Positions 44,964-55,866 of a DNA stretch of 64,000 nucleotides are shown piece after piece. Origin of the DNA: Candidatus Nomurabacteria bacterium. Lineage in GTDB: Bacteria; Patescibacteriota; Patescibacteriia; HK-STAS-PATE-3. The position numbers and the translations under genes are program-made. The number at the start of each line of letters is the position of its first letter. Positions within the stretch are counted from its first letter, which is position 1. Below the pieces are notes generated by a model, which did not search any database, was not told where the DNA came from, and saw nothing but the letters and a program-made list of their open reading frames with translations. Location: contig CP060223.1 in assembly GCA_023898465.1 (NCBI GenBank), forward strand, positions 960,001-1,024,000, in the 5' to 3' direction.

Positions 44964-47900
44964 AGAAGTAAAGCCAGCAGATTTTAAAGCCATCCGATTA
45001 AAGCTCGCCTCCCCGGACGCGATTCATGCGTGGTCCTATGGTGAAGTCACCAAACCAGAGACGATTAACTATCGGACACAAAAACCGGAAAAATCCGGTC
45101 TCTTTGCCGAGGAAATTTTTGGACCTTCCAAGGACTGGGAGTGTTACTGTGGCAAATACAAGCGCATCCGCTATAAGGGCATTGTCTGTGACAAGTGTGG
45201 AGTAGAAGTTACTCGCTCACTGGTTCGACGTGAACGCATGGGTCACATTGATTTAGCTGCTCCATGTTCACACATTTGGTTCCTCCGCGGCGTGCCATCC
45301 AAGATCGGCTTGATTCTCGATCTCTCGGTACAGGAGTTAGAGCGCGTTATTTACTTTGCAAATTTCATTATCACCGATGTCAACGAAGAGTTACGTAAGA
45401 TGACATTGGAGCAGCTTGATCAAGAAGCTCAAGCAAAGAAAAAGGCCATCGAGTCTGAATTGCATCAGCAGATCCAGTCTGTGAAACAGCGCCGAGCCGA
45501 TGCTGATAAGAATGGTAAAGATACTAAAGCTTTTGATGAAGAGCTCGACGGTTTGCAAAAGATGAAAGAAGAGCAGCTGCAGAATTTGAGCGAAGTGGTT
45601 GACATTGCTAAGAAGGAATTAAAGGATCTGCAAAAGTATCAGATCGTTTCTGAGAACGTGTATCATAATCTTTCCTTGAAATACGGCCAGGTTTTTGAGG
45701 CCGGTATTGGTGCTGAATCAATCCGTCAGCTCTTGGTGGAAATCGACCTCAAGGAAATGGCAAAGCAACTCGAAAATGAACTAATTGATGCGCCAGAAAA
45801 TAAGGCCCGTCGTTTAGTTCGTCGCTTGAAGCTGGTAAAGAATTTCCTCCGCAATGGTTTGCGACCTGAATGGATGATTTTGTCTGCTATCCCGGTTATC
45901 CCACCGGATTTGCGTCCGATGGTGCAATTGGATGGCGGTCGCTTTGCTACCTCTGATTTGAATGATCTCTATCGCCGCGTTATCAATCGTAACAATCGAT
46001 TGAAGCGTTTGATTGAATTGAATGCACCTGAAGTTATCTGTCGCAACGAAAAGCGTATGTTGCAAGAAGCAGTTGACGCCTTGATTGATAATGGTGCTCG
46101 ACATGGTAAGACGGTAACTGCTTCAACCGGTCAGAAGCGCATGCTGAAATCAATTGCTGACACCCTTAAGGGTAAGCAAGGTCGCTTCCGCCAAAACTTG
46201 CTTGGTAAGCGCGTTGATTATTCCGGTCGCTCGGTTATTGTTATCGGTCCTCACCTGAAGCTCTACCAATGTGGTCTGCCAAAGCGCATGGCCCTCGAGC
46301 TTTTCCGACCATTCGTGATTTCTGAATTGATTAAGCGCGAATACGTCCATAACGTTCGTAGCGCATCCCGTTTCATTGAAGCAAACCGTCCGGAAGTTTG
46401 GGATATCCTAGAAGAAATTACCAAAGGCGCGCACGTGCTCTTAAACCGTGCTCCTACTTTGCACCGACTTGGTATTCAGGCTTTCCAACCAATCCTTATT
46501 GAAGGTAAGGCTATTCAAATTCACCCATTGGTGTGTGCAGCTTTCAACGCTGACTTCGATGGTGACCAAATGGCCGTCCACGTTCCGTTAACTGAACAAG
46601 CCAAATGGGAGGCTAAGGAATTAATGCTTTCGAGCAAGAACTTGCTGAAGCCGGCTACTGGTTCACCAGTGGTTAGCCCCTCACAGGACTTGGTCTTGGG
46701 TATGTACTACCTCAGCTTAATGGATGAGTCTGATAAGAATATTGCCTTCTCTTCACCAGAAGAAGCTAAACTAGCCTATGACACTGGCCGAGTAACACTC
46801 CACCAGCAAGTGAAGATCCGTCTCACGCCAAGCACCCTTACTGAAACAACAGTTGGTCGGGTTATCTTCAATGAAATCGTGCCGAAGGAAATGGGTTTTG
46901 TGAACGAGGTACTTGATAAGAAGACCCTTTCAAAGTTGGTAGGTGGCATCCTCAGTCTCCTTGGCAACGATCGCACAGTAGAATTTTTGGATGCAGTGAA
47001 GCGACTCTCCTTTGAAACCCTGACCTCATCCGGTTTGTCCTGGGGTATGGATGACTTACCAATTCCTGAAGCAAAGCAGGATGTTATCAAAGAAGCTGCC
47101 ACGAAGGTTGATGAGATTCACTCTCACTACGAATCAGGATTACTGACTGAAGAAGAACGTCACGCCAAGATCATCGAGATTTGGGCAAGTGTGAAATCGC
47201 AACTGCAGGCTATTAGCCGAGACCGATTAGATAAGTCCGGTCCGGTCTACATGATGATTGAATCAGGCGCCCGTGGTTCCTGGGAACAGATTACTCAGAT
47301 GATGGGTATGAAAGGTTTGGTAACCAACCCATCCGGAGGCATTATTGAACTGCCGGTAAAAGGTAGCTTCAAAGAAGGTTTCGATGTACTGGAATACTTC
47401 ATCTCCACTCACGGTGCACGTAAAGGTTTGTCTGATACCGCCCTCCGTACTGCAAATGCTGGTTATCTGACTCGCCGTCTCATTGATGTAGCGCAGGACA
47501 TTGTTATCCGTGAAGAGGATTGTGGTGATACCGCAGGCTTCACCTATGTTGCCGAAGAGGCTGAACAGATGGGTGAGAGTCTGCAAACCTTTGTACACGG
47601 TCGCGTGTTGGCAGCTGATATTGTCCATCCAAAGACCAAGAAAGTCCTTATCGCAGCCGGCACCCTCGTAACCGATGAAGAATACGCTAAGCTTGAAAAA
47701 GTGCAGCTTGAGTCAGTAACGATTCGCAGCGTATTAAGCTGTGTATCCCGACGCGGTATTTGTCAGAAGTGTTATGGATATGACTTGGCTTACAACCGCA
47801 TGGTGAATATGCACGTGGCGGTCGGTATTATCGCTGCACAGTCTATCGGTGAGCCTGGTACTCAGCTGACAATGCGTACTTTCCACACTGGTGGTGTGGC

Positions 47901-48867
47901 CGGACAAGATATCACCCAAGGTTTACCTCGCGTTGAAGAGTTATTTGAAGCACGTCCAGTCCGCAAGCCATCTATCTTAGCTGACCAAGCTGGAACCGCT
48001 CGAGTTGAAGAGCGCGATGGTCAAACCATTGTGACTATCCGTGGTATTGGCACCACTCCTGAAGCGTATAAATTCCCTCGTAAGAAGGCCGGCTTAAAAG
48101 TGCTCGTAGAGGATGGGTCTGAGGTCCAAGAAGGCGATGTGCTTTATGAAATTGACGGGGATAAGACGCTTAGCAAATCGGCTGGTAAGTGTAAGGTAAA
48201 CAAAACCGCTGTGACAGTGATTACCGAAGGCATGTCTGATAAGGAATATATCATCCCGGCCGGGTATACACTCTGGGTAAAAGACGGTGATCTCGTGAGC
48301 GTTGGTGACACCTTAACTGAAGGTAGCGTGAACCTGGGCGAGCTCTATCACCTGAAGGGCGTCTCAGCAGTCCAGAAATACGTTATCAAGGACATTCAGT
48401 ACATCTACTCATCTCAGGGTCAGAAGCTTAATAACAAGCACATCGAAGTTATTGTGCGCCAGATGTTCTCACGTGTGTACGTGACCGATCGCGGTGAAAC
48501 AGAATTGCTTGATGGTGATATTGTTGAATACACTCGATTAGTAGAGGCTAATGACAAGGCAAAGAAAGAAAAGACCAAGCCAGCTACTTATGAGCATCTC
48601 TTGCTCGGTATTACCAAGGCTAGCTTGACCACCGAAAGCTTCTTGTCCGCTGCTTCTTTCCAAGAAACCGCCCGCGTCCTCATTGATGCCGCAGTTTCAG
48701 GTAAGATGGACACATTGCGCGGTCTCAAAGAAAACGTGATCATCGGTAAGCTTATTCCGGTTGGAACTGGCGTCACTATGCCGCGTGTAGAGAACGCAGA
48801 AGCAGAGGCTGACGAGACTGAAGTCGATCCAGCACCAGAGGCAGAGAAAGAAGCCGAAAAGGCCTAG
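44956..48867 (+). CDS. rpoC: DNA-directed RNA polymerase subunit beta'
   Basis: Zn-binding CYCGKYKR...[22 protein letters not shown] catalytic motif, and C-terminal blocks. ATG at 44956 overlaps the rpoB end by 8 nt. Confidence 0.97.
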   Translation: MIEEVKPADFKAIRLKLASPDAIHAWSYGEVTKPETINYRTQKPEKSGLFAEEIFGPSKDWECYCGKYKRIRYKGIVCDKCGVEVTRSLVRRERMGHIDLAAPCSHIWFLRGVPSKIGLILDLSVQELERVIYFANFIITDVNEELRKMTLEQLDQEAQAKKKAIESELHQQIQSVKQRRADADKNGKDTKAFDEELDGLQKMKEEQLQNLSEVVDIAKKELKDLQKYQIVSENVYHNLSLKYGQVFEAGIGAESIRQLLVEIDLKEMAKQLENELIDAPENKARRLVRRLKLVKNFLRNGLRPEWMILSAIPVIPPDLRPMVQLDGGRFATSDLNDLYRRVINRNNRLKRLIELNAPEVICRNEKRMLQEAVDALIDNGARHGKTVTASTGQKRMLKSIADTLKGKQGRFRQNLLGKRVDYSGRSVIVIGPHLKLYQCGLPKRMALELFRPFVISELIKREYVHNVRSASRFIEANRPEVWDILEEITKGAHVLLNRAPTLHRLGIQAFQPILIEGKAIQIHPLVCAAFNADFDGDQMAVHVPLTEQAKWEAKELMLSSKNLLKPATGSPVVSPSQDLVLGMYYLSLMDESDKNIAFSSPEEAKLAYDTGRVTLHQQVKIRLTPSTLTETTVGRVIFNEIVPKEMGFVNEVLDKKTLSKLVGGILSLLGNDRTVEFLDAVKRLSFETLTSSGLSWGMDDLPIPEAKQDVIKEAATKVDEIHSHYESGLLTEEERHAKIIEIWASVKSQLQAISRDRLDKSGPVYMMIESGARGSWEQITQMMGMKGLVTNPSGGIIELPVKGSFKEGFDVLEYFISTHGARKGLSDTALRTANAGYLTRRLIDVAQDIVIREEDCGDTAGFTYVAEEAEQMGESLQTFVHGRVLAADIVHPKTKKVLIAAGTLVTDEEYAKLEKVQLESVTIRSVLSCVSRRGICQKCYGYDLAYNRMVNMHVAVGIIAAQSIGEPGTQLTMRTFHTGGVAGQDITQGLPRVEELFEARPVRKPSILADQAGTARVEERDGQTIVTIRGIGTTPEAYKFPRKKAGLKVLVEDGSEVQEGDVLYEIDGDKTLSKSAGKCKVNKTAVTVITEGMSDKEYIIPAGYTLWVKDGDLVSVGDTLTEGSVNLGELYHLKGVSAVQKYVIKDIQYIYSSQGQKLNNKHIEVIVRQMFSRVYVTDRGETELLDGDIVEYTRLVEANDKAKKEKTKPATYEHLLLGITKASLTTESFLSAASFQETARVLIDAAVSGKMDTLRGLKENVIIGKLIPVGTGVTMPRVENAEAEADETEVDPAPEAEKEAEKA

Positions 48868-48962
48868 GATTTATTCTACCCTCCCTTTGCCTAGATGCAT
48901 GTCACATGCTATGCTTTTTGAGTTGCCGCAATGTTGCGGTACGAGCCTCGAAGGAGGACTAG

Positions 48963-49091
48963 ATGCACACGACGACTCGACTCAGGGGACCGACGACGTC
49001 GACAACGAAGGCGCGGTATCAGAAGAAGACGACGGCCTGGCTCGATCAAGGTGTGATCGCCAGCGTCACGAAGTCGGGCGGCCAGGACTAG
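48963..49091 (+). CDS. 42-aa Thr/Arg-rich mini-ORF (cassette G)
   Basis: AAGGAGGA Shine-Dalgarno before the ATG. GC-rich. Terminator 49117-49152. Confidence 0.25.
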   Translation: MHTTTRLRGPTTSTTKARYQKKTTAWLDQGVIASVTKSGGQD

Positions 49092-49116
49092 CGCATCCCT
49101 GCTAGCTCTTGGAACA

Positions 49117-49152
49117 GCGGCCATACTCCGTGTATGGCCGCTCCTTTTCTTG
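49117..49152 (+). terminator. Rho-independent terminator before ftsK
   Basis: gcggccata-ctccgtg-tatggccgc followed by tccttttctt. Confidence 0.6.
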
Positions 49153-49192
49153 CTTTGTTTATTGCCTAAAAAAGTGGTACAATACGCAGGCT

Positions 49193-51493
49193 ATGGCAAC
49201 GAAAAATGTCCGACGTCGGGGCCGTCCGACGCCTTGGGATACTGACGAAGAGCAGGCCCCAGAGGAATCACAACTCAGTCCAGAGACGAAGCGCGGAATT
49301 ATAGTAGTTGTGATTTTTGTGGCCGCCCTTGTTTTCATTTTAGGATTTTTTGACTTGGCTGGTGTGGTGGGCGAGTGGCTAGACAAAGGTCTAGGTTGGC
49401 TTTTTGGTTGGTCAAGGTATCTCCTACCTCTTTTTCTGGTGGCTATCGGCTTCGCGCTACTGAAACCTGACACGATTCGCCTGCGCGCCTGGGCCTATGT
49501 GGGCGCTGGGCTATTTATGATTGCTTTTGCTGGTCTACTTCACCTCCTGGTTGATGAAGCAGAAATACAAAATGCGATAACTGACGGGCGCGGCGGCGGC
49601 GGAATAGGATATGTTATGCGACAAGGTTTAGAAAGCATGTTTGGCCAGATCGCGGCGATCACTATTCTCTTAGCCCTGTTGATCATCGGTGTACTTGTTA
49701 TGTTCAACACTACATTGCACGCTATTGCCGGACAGCGCACGGTGGTAGATCGCAGCATGAACCGTCTACGCTTCTGGTTTTATCGTCTGAAGATTGCTTT
49801 TGAGTCTCACAAAGATGAAGAACCAGAAGAAGAGGAAGAAGATGTAGAGGAGGATGAGCGAGAATTCACTGCTCGTGATATTGCTGGTGCAGAAGATGGT
49901 GAGGAAGAGGGAGAAGGAGAAGAGGACATCCCAGCTCATGGTGAAGGCACTCAAGCGCAAATATTTCCAAAAGTCCGTCGCAAGAAGCGCAAGGCTGACG
50001 TGCCGATTAATCTCTTAGAACAGAAACACGAAAAGCCGATGAGCGGCAACATTGAAGAAGGCAAGCAAAAAATTAAGCGTACACTTGAGACTTTTGGCAT
50101 CGACGTAGAAATGGATGAAGTCAACGTAGGTCCAACAGTCACTCAGTACACTCTGAAGCCAGCCGAGGGTGTGAAATTGGCTCAAATAACCACACTGCAG
50201 AACGATCTCGCGCTTGCCTTGGCGGCCCACCCAATTCGTATTGAGGCGCCGATTCCCGGTAAGTCCTTGGTTGGTATTGAAGTGCCGAATAAAGCCAGCG
50301 CGGTGGTAACTATCCACGAAATGCTCAGCTCGGATAATTACTCCAAGCGTAAATCAAACCTAAGCCTCGCTCTAGGTAAGGATGTGGCGGGCAATGCTTG
50401 GGTAAGCGATCTCGATCCCATGCCTCACTTGTTGATTGCTGGTTCAACTGGATCAGGAAAGTCGGTTTGTATCAACACAATTCTGATGAGCTTGCTCTAC
50501 AGTAATACACCTGACGACTTGCGACTTATCATGGTTGACCCAAAGCGGGTGGAGTTAAGCAACTATAATGGTATTCCACATTTGCTCACGCCAGTCATTA
50601 CTGATGTTGATAAAACAGTGCACGCTTTGAAATGGGTGGTAGGTGAAATGGATCGCCGCTATGAAACACTCTCTCAGACGGGCAAGCGAAATATTAAAAT
50701 GTATCGCGAGGAAATCGACGATGGCATGCCATACATTGTCGTTGTCATCGATGAGTTAGCTGATTTAATGGCTGTGGCCTCTCGTGATGTAGAAGCAGCA
50801 ATTGTTCGCTTAGCTCAAATGGCTCGAGCAGTTGGCATCCACTTAATCGTAGCAACCCAACGACCATCGGTTGATGTTATTACTGGGCTTATTAAGGCAA
50901 ACATCACTGCACGTATTGCTTTTAACGTTGCATCAATTATCGACTCACGCACGATTTTAGATTTGAGTGGCGCTGAGAAGCTGCTTGGTAAAGGTGATAT
51001 GCTTTTCCTATCTTCCGACCTCTCTAAGCCAAAACGTTTGCAGGGTGCCTTTGTTTCAGAAAAGGAAATTGAGCGAGTGGTTGATTATCTCAAAGATCAA
51101 GCTGAACCGCAGTATGTTGAAGAAGTGACCGCTCGTCCGAAATCAGCCATTGGGGCGGGTGGATCCGATATGAGCGGCGAGGATGACTTACTCGAGGAAG
51201 CAAAAGAAGTTATTTTACGGGCTGGTAAAGCCTCGGCCTCTCTTCTCCAGCGGCGTTTACGCGTTGGCTATGCTCGAGCTGCTCGTTTGCTCGACTTACT
51301 CGAAGAGGAAGGCTTCATTGGTCCAGGTGAAGGAGCAAAGCCGCGTGAAGTTTTGGGCGGAGTGCCGGTCAGTAATGATGGCTTTGATGTAGCAGAGGAG
51401 CTAGATGATGAAGAAATTGTTGAGGATGATGGCGAAGAAGCAGAAGTGGCAGATGACGATGAAGAAGAGGACGAAGAAGAGTCGCGCGCATGA
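49193..51493 (+). CDS. ftsK: DNA translocase FtsK/SpoIIIE
   Basis: N-terminal TM segments, acidic linker, Walker A LLIAGSTGSGKSV, gamma-domain wHTH (LLQRRLRVGYARAARLLD), and a poly-acidic tail. Confidence 0.9.
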   Translation: MATKNVRRRGRPTPWDTDEEQAPEESQLSPETKRGIIVVVIFVAALVFILGFFDLAGVVGEWLDKGLGWLFGWSRYLLPLFLVAIGFALLKPDTIRLRAWAYVGAGLFMIAFAGLLHLLVDEAEIQNAITDGRGGGGIGYVMRQGLESMFGQIAAITILLALLIIGVLVMFNTTLHAIAGQRTVVDRSMNRLRFWFYRLKIAFESHKDEEPEEEEEDVEEDEREFTARDIAGAEDGEEEGEGEEDIPAHGEGTQAQIFPKVRRKKRKADVPINLLEQKHEKPMSGNIEEGKQKIKRTLETFGIDVEMDEVNVGPTVTQYTLKPAEGVKLAQITTLQNDLALALAAHPIRIEAPIPGKSLVGIEVPNKASAVVTIHEMLSSDNYSKRKSNLSLALGKDVAGNAWVSDLDPMPHLLIAGSTGSGKSVCINTILMSLLYSNTPDDLRLIMVDPKRVELSNYNGIPHLLTPVITDVDKTVHALKWVVGEMDRRYETLSQTGKRNIKMYREEIDDGMPYIVVVIDELADLMAVASRDVEAAIVRLAQMARAVGIHLIVATQRPSVDVITGLIKANITARIAFNVASIIDSRTILDLSGAEKLLGKGDMLFLSSDLSKPKRLQGAFVSEKEIERVVDYLKDQAEPQYVEEVTARPKSAIGAGGSDMSGEDDLLEEAKEVILRAGKASASLLQRRLRVGYARAARLLDLLEEEGFIGPGEGAKPREVLGGVPVSNDGFDVAEELDDEEIVEDDGEEAEVADDDEEEDEEESRA

Positions 51494-52200
51494 GCACCTT
51501 CCGGAGAAAGCAACTGCGAGCTAGCATCACTTTGGGTGAGCGCCTAAAATCCCATCGCCTTGAACAGGGCTGGGAAATTTTTGATGTAGCTGAGTCTACT
51601 CATATTGCACAGAAATATATTCAAGCCCTAGAAGAAGGCGCCTATGGTCAATTGCCTGGCGAAGTGTACATTCGAAATTTTCTCCGCCAGTACGCAAACT
51701 TTCTTCGCGTGAGTCCTGATGATGTTATTAGCTCATATGAAAAAGAGCGAGGCCTGGTTAAGCATCTGTTAAATAAAGATAAGAAGTTTGTCCAACGACA
51801 CGTAGATGTGAAGCCAGTCTTCACTCCTCGAAGATTGCGCATCCTAGGCTTTACTACCATTGTCGTCGTCGTTCTTGCGTACTTAGTTGTACAAGCGTGG
51901 TCAATTATTCGGGCGCCGGAACTTGTGGTAGATAGCCCGGAGCCACAACTGACAACCATCGAACGGACTATTAAGGTGGGCGGAATGACCGAGGCAGAGA
52001 GCGAAGTAACTATCAACGGACAGCGAGTTTTAATTGATACCGAAGGGCGTTTTAGCGAGTTAATTGATTTACATGAAGGATTAAATACCATTCAGGTGGT
52101 GGCGAAGAAAAAGCGTAGTCAGGCCAGCACCATAACCCGACAAGTATTAGTGACCATCCCGGAAATCCAGGACGTTGACACGAATAGTGACAACCGATAG
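51490..52200 (+). CDS. rodZ: RodZ-like cytoskeleton protein (XRE-type HTH + TM + C-terminal domain)
   Basis: N-terminal [39 protein letters not shown] and a TM segment (~aa 120-140). ATGA overlap with ftsK. Confidence 0.6.
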   Translation: MSTFRRKQLRASITLGERLKSHRLEQGWEIFDVAESTHIAQKYIQALEEGAYGQLPGEVYIRNFLRQYANFLRVSPDDVISSYEKERGLVKHLLNKDKKFVQRHVDVKPVFTPRRLRILGFTTIVVVVLAYLVVQAWSIIRAPELVVDSPEPQLTTIERTIKVGGMTEAESEVTINGQRVLIDTEGRFSELIDLHEGLNTIQVVAKKKRSQASTITRQVLVTIPEIQDVDTNSDNR

Positions 52201-52235
52201 GCTTAGAGCGGTGGCACATAAGGAGTACCAAATTT

Positions 52236-53276
52236 ATGGCAACAAAAACAAGCAGTCAGGAAAACGATAGCGCCGGACGCGGCAAAGCAGCTGAAATAGC
52301 TATTGAGCAAATTCGCGAGCGTTTTGGCGACGGTTCGATTATGAAGCTGGGAGAAGCACGTAAATCTGATGTGGAAGCAGTTTCCACTGGATGCTTATCC
52401 CTTGATATTGCTCTTGGTGTTGGCGGCGTACCCCGTGGGCGCGTTATTGAGATTTATGGACCGGAAGCTTCAGGTAAAACAACCCTTGCTCAGCACATTG
52501 TCGCCGAGGCACAGAAGAAAGGCGGTTTAGCGGCTTTTATCGATGCTGAGCACGCGCTTGACCCTGACTATGCTCGTAAGATTGGCATTAAGGTTGATGA
52601 TTTACTCATTTCTCAGCCTGATACCGGCGAGCAAGCCTTGGATATCTTAGAGACCTTGGTGCGTTCAAACGCAGTAGATATTATCGTCGTTGACTCGGTT
52701 GCTGCCTTAACACCAAAGGCGGAAATTGAAGGAGAAATGGGTGACTCACATATGGGTTTGCAAGCTCGCCTCATGAGTCAGGCCTTACGTAAGCTTACCG
52801 CTCTAATTTCTCGATCTCGCACCATTGTTATCTTCATCAACCAAACACGCATGAAGATCGGTGTCTTCTTTGGGAATCCTGAGACAACCACAGGTGGTAT
52901 GGCGTTGAAGTTTTATTCCTCAGTTCGCATCGAGATTCGACGTATTGGTCAAATTAAGCAGGGCGAACGGATTATTGGTAGCCGCACTAAAGCAAAAGTA
53001 GTGAAGAATAAAGTGGCCGCACCATTTAAGGTGACCGAGTTCGATATCATGTACAACGAAGGAATCTCCGTAGCCGGCGACCTCATTGATACTGGTCTCC
53101 AATATGGCGTGGTTGAAAAACGAGGTAATACCTATTCCTTTGGTGAAGCCAAGTTGGGAGTAGGTAATTACGCAGCACGCGACTTCCTTAAAAATGAGCA
53201 GAAATTACAGCAAGAAATTCGTACGCAAATTCTCGCTGCCGTGAAAGCAGAGCAGGAAGAAGCAGACAAAAAATAG
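52236..53276 (+). CDS. recA: Recombinase RecA
   Basis: [11 protein letters not shown] Walker A and the L1/L2 loop region. AAGGAG Shine-Dalgarno. Confidence 0.97.
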   Translation: MATKTSSQENDSAGRGKAAEIAIEQIRERFGDGSIMKLGEARKSDVEAVSTGCLSLDIALGVGGVPRGRVIEIYGPEASGKTTLAQHIVAEAQKKGGLAAFIDAEHALDPDYARKIGIKVDDLLISQPDTGEQALDILETLVRSNAVDIIVVDSVAALTPKAEIEGEMGDSHMGLQARLMSQALRKLTALISRSRTIVIFINQTRMKIGVFFGNPETTTGGMALKFYSSVRIEIRRIGQIKQGERIIGSRTKAKVVKNKVAAPFKVTEFDIMYNEGISVAGDLIDTGLQYGVVEKRGNTYSFGEAKLGVGNYAARDFLKNEQKLQQEIRTQILAAVKAEQEEADKK

Positions 53277-53291
53277 CTATTGTAGCAGATA

Positions 53292-53325
53292 AAAACAAAA
53301 GCGCGGTGATATGCCGCGTTTTTGT
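53292..53325. terminator. Bidirectional terminator between recA and ddl
   Basis: aaacaaaagcgcgg-tgatat-gccgcgtttttgttt palindrome. Confidence 0.55.
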
Positions 53326-55710
53326 TTAGTAGCCAGTATTCGCGATGATCGTAGAGAGAAACTCAGCCGGAAATTTCGGGGGCTGGTCGGCTAAGGCTTG
53401 ATGGTAAATAACCGTAGATCCAGTTAAACCTGGTAAGGTGTTTACCTCAATAACATGTATTGCCCCAGTTTTGAGATGAACAAAGATATCGATCCGCGCG
53501 TAGCCTCGTATGCCTAGTGCAGTGGCTAGTTCAGCAATACGCTGCCTTACCTTCTCCACCGTCGATCCTTGAATCAAATGTTCAGGCGGTGGCGTGATAT
53601 TAATTCCAGTACCACCTTGGAATTTTTCTTCAACAGTGAGGACTTCACCCTCCGCGATCGTGATACTCGGAGCTAAGGCGTGTATTTTTCCTCGCACCTC
53701 AATCACTCCGGCAGTCATTTCCACCCAACCTGATACTGGCAGGTGCTTCATTTTATTCGCTTTGACCCGTAGCTTGTCAGTGGCAATGAAGCGTTCAATG
53801 AGGAGGCGCTTCGGAGCGGCGCTTGGTAACTCAATAATATCAGCCTGTCCGTGGAAAGTATTTTTAGGTATGTACGCAGCTCTTTTTTGTAGATACGCCA
53901 AGTAGGTTTTAAGATCCTGCGCGGTGAAGATGTGTGCGACTCCAGTTGTGCAGCCATCACTTTGCGGCTTGATAATAAAGGTTTTTGAATGAAGTTCTGT
54001 ATGTAATTTTTTCCAGAGCGCTTCAATTTGGCTACTTGTCATATGCAAAAGCGTGCTCGTCAAGAAGCTTTCTCCAGCAATTGCCTGCACCCCGGGTATG
54101 TTGAGTTGGCGAATGGCTTCCGCAGTTTTCCATTTATCCATACAGAGTTGAGAAGTCGTGGCTGGGGAGCCATTAAATTTTACCTTTGCCTTTTCGCAGG
54201 CTGCCTGAAGTGTCCCGTCTTCACCCTTACCACCATGCAGTGCAATGAAAAGGAAAGATGATGAGTGAAGGAGTTCATTCAGACTCAGTTTTCTCGGGTC
54301 AAAAAAGTCTTGTGCATTCTTCTCTTCTCGTAAACCTAGCTTGATTCGGGCCCGACGCTCAAAGTCCTCCAGCCGATGTTTTTCGTTTGGGTATTGCTGA
54401 CAGTTTTCCATTATTTCCTCTACCGTGTGATTCAAGCTGAGATGGTAGGGCAGCTTCCACACATCGCCATGTGTATCAAGCAAGTAGGGCTGTGGCTCAT
54501 ACTCTTTTGTTTGCCGTAGCTTTAGCCAGACATTTGTTCCACTCATGAGAGAAACCTGGCGCTCGGAGTTGCTCCCACCCATGAGAATTGTCACCGTCTT
54601 CCCTTTCTTTTTTTGTGAAGAGATTTCAGGGAAGTGAACACCTTGACGCGCGCTAGAGTGCTGTACAATGTATTGCAAAACATCCCGATGCGTTAGTCCT
54701 ACTCGAGCGGCCTGCTGGAAAAGAAAACTGTTTTGCTCCATACCGCTTACGGTATTAAAGTCACAGAACCATATTTTTCCATTAGGTAACACCCATCCGT
54801 CAAAACGAGCAGCATCGTGCATGCCAAAGAGGCGGAAGAGCTGTTCCCCTTGCGCCTGAATGCGTTCAATAATCTCTTGGCTAAAGCGAGGAGGGCAGTG
54901 CCATGTTACCTGTCGAGTTGGTAAATATTTCCTGCGGAAGTCAAAGATTTGATGCTCTGTATAGTCTGTTTCAATCTCAGTTGGCGGTAGGGCTACCGGC
55001 AGGGCAAACTGGTTTTCTAGTATGATCATGGTAAATTCCTTGCCCTGCGCAAAAGGCTCCACAACCACCCGGGTATCCATTCGCTTTGAGAAAATGAGTT
55101 TTGTTTTCTCGAGTGCTTCCTGAGGTGTTGCCACTGAAAATACTCCGATACTTGATCCGCCGCTAGCGGGCTTTACTACTGCGCGCTGGACTTTGTTATT
55201 TGCAAAAAAATCTTTGAGTATTTTTTCGTGATCAGTATGAAAAATTTTTAATACCGCGGAGGGAAGGGTAAAAAAATCGTGCCCAGCAATAAATGTATTT
55301 GCCGTGTGCTTATCAAAAGCCAGTCGACAAGCCTTTGATCCGGAGCCAACAAAAGGGATAGCATGTTTTTCTAAGAAACGCTGGATGCCACCATCCTCCC
55401 CAAAAGGTCCGTGCATCGCCGGGAAGGTGATAGCCACTTCTCGTAGCTTTTTCACTAGCGCTGCTGTGGTGAGTGGTGTGGCTGTTTGTTGAAGTTTAAA
55501 ATCAAAATCCGAAGGGGTGTTACTGTAGAGTTGGGCTTGAGAAATTTGATAGGCTTGTTTTTTGTTATCAAAATAAATTGGCACAATCTCAATTTGCTCA
55601 GATTTTAAGTGATCCATGAGCGAGCGAGCCGAGTTTAAAGAGATACCCCGTTCGAGTGAGGGGCCTCCGCAGAGCACTGCTACAGAAAATTTTGCAGATT
55701 TTTTTGCCAT
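53326..55710 (-). CDS. ddl: Tandem D-alanine--D-alanine ligase fusion (two complete Ddl/ATP-grasp units in one 794-aa polypeptide)
   Basis: N-terminal unit begins VAVLCGGPS.ER.ISL.SA. A second unit begins around aa 370 (VTILMGGSNSERQVSLMSG). Each is followed by an ATP-grasp core. Confidence 0.75.
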   Translation of the reverse strand: MAKKSAKFSVAVLCGGPSLERGISLNSARSLMDHLKSEQIEIVPIYFDNKKQAYQISQAQLYSNTPSDFDFKLQQTATPLTTAALVKKLREVAITFPAMHGPFGEDGGIQRFLEKHAIPFVGSGSKACRLAFDKHTANTFIAGHDFFTLPSAVLKIFHTDHEKILKDFFANNKVQRAVVKPASGGSSIGVFSVATPQEALEKTKLIFSKRMDTRVVVEPFAQGKEFTMIILENQFALPVALPPTEIETDYTEHQIFDFRRKYLPTRQVTWHCPPRFSQEIIERIQAQGEQLFRLFGMHDAARFDGWVLPNGKIWFCDFNTVSGMEQNSFLFQQAARVGLTHRDVLQYIVQHSSARQGVHFPEISSQKKKGKTVTILMGGSNSERQVSLMSGTNVWLKLRQTKEYEPQPYLLDTHGDVWKLPYHLSLNHTVEEIMENCQQYPNEKHRLEDFERRARIKLGLREEKNAQDFFDPRKLSLNELLHSSSFLFIALHGGKGEDGTLQAACEKAKVKFNGSPATTSQLCMDKWKTAEAIRQLNIPGVQAIAGESFLTSTLLHMTSSQIEALWKKLHTELHSKTFIIKPQSDGCTTGVAHIFTAQDLKTYLAYLQKRAAYIPKNTFHGQADIIELPSAAPKRLLIERFIATDKLRVKANKMKHLPVSGWVEMTAGVIEVRGKIHALAPSITIAEGEVLTVEEKFQGGTGINITPPPEHLIQGSTVEKVRQRIAELATALGIRGYARIDIFVHLKTGAIHVIEVNTLPGLTGSTVIYHQALADQPPKFPAEFLSTIIANTGY

Positions 55711-55866
55711 ATTTTTCTTAAAAAATATAGCATTTTCTTATATTTTTAGCAATAACGCTAATAATTACTATTTTTTTTGCAAAAATATTACTATTGCTTT
55801 GGTGATAAACCATATTGTTTCTTTGTTTCGTCAGGAGTAAACTAAAGCTAAAGATTAGTAACTAGT

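Noticed and set aside
42745-48776. Short sense/antisense ORFs within rpoB and rpoC (e.g. 42745-43050, 44266-44675, 45814-46104, 46776-47102, 47263-47628)
   Set aside because: Embedded in highly conserved RpoB/RpoC coding sequence, with no independent start signals.
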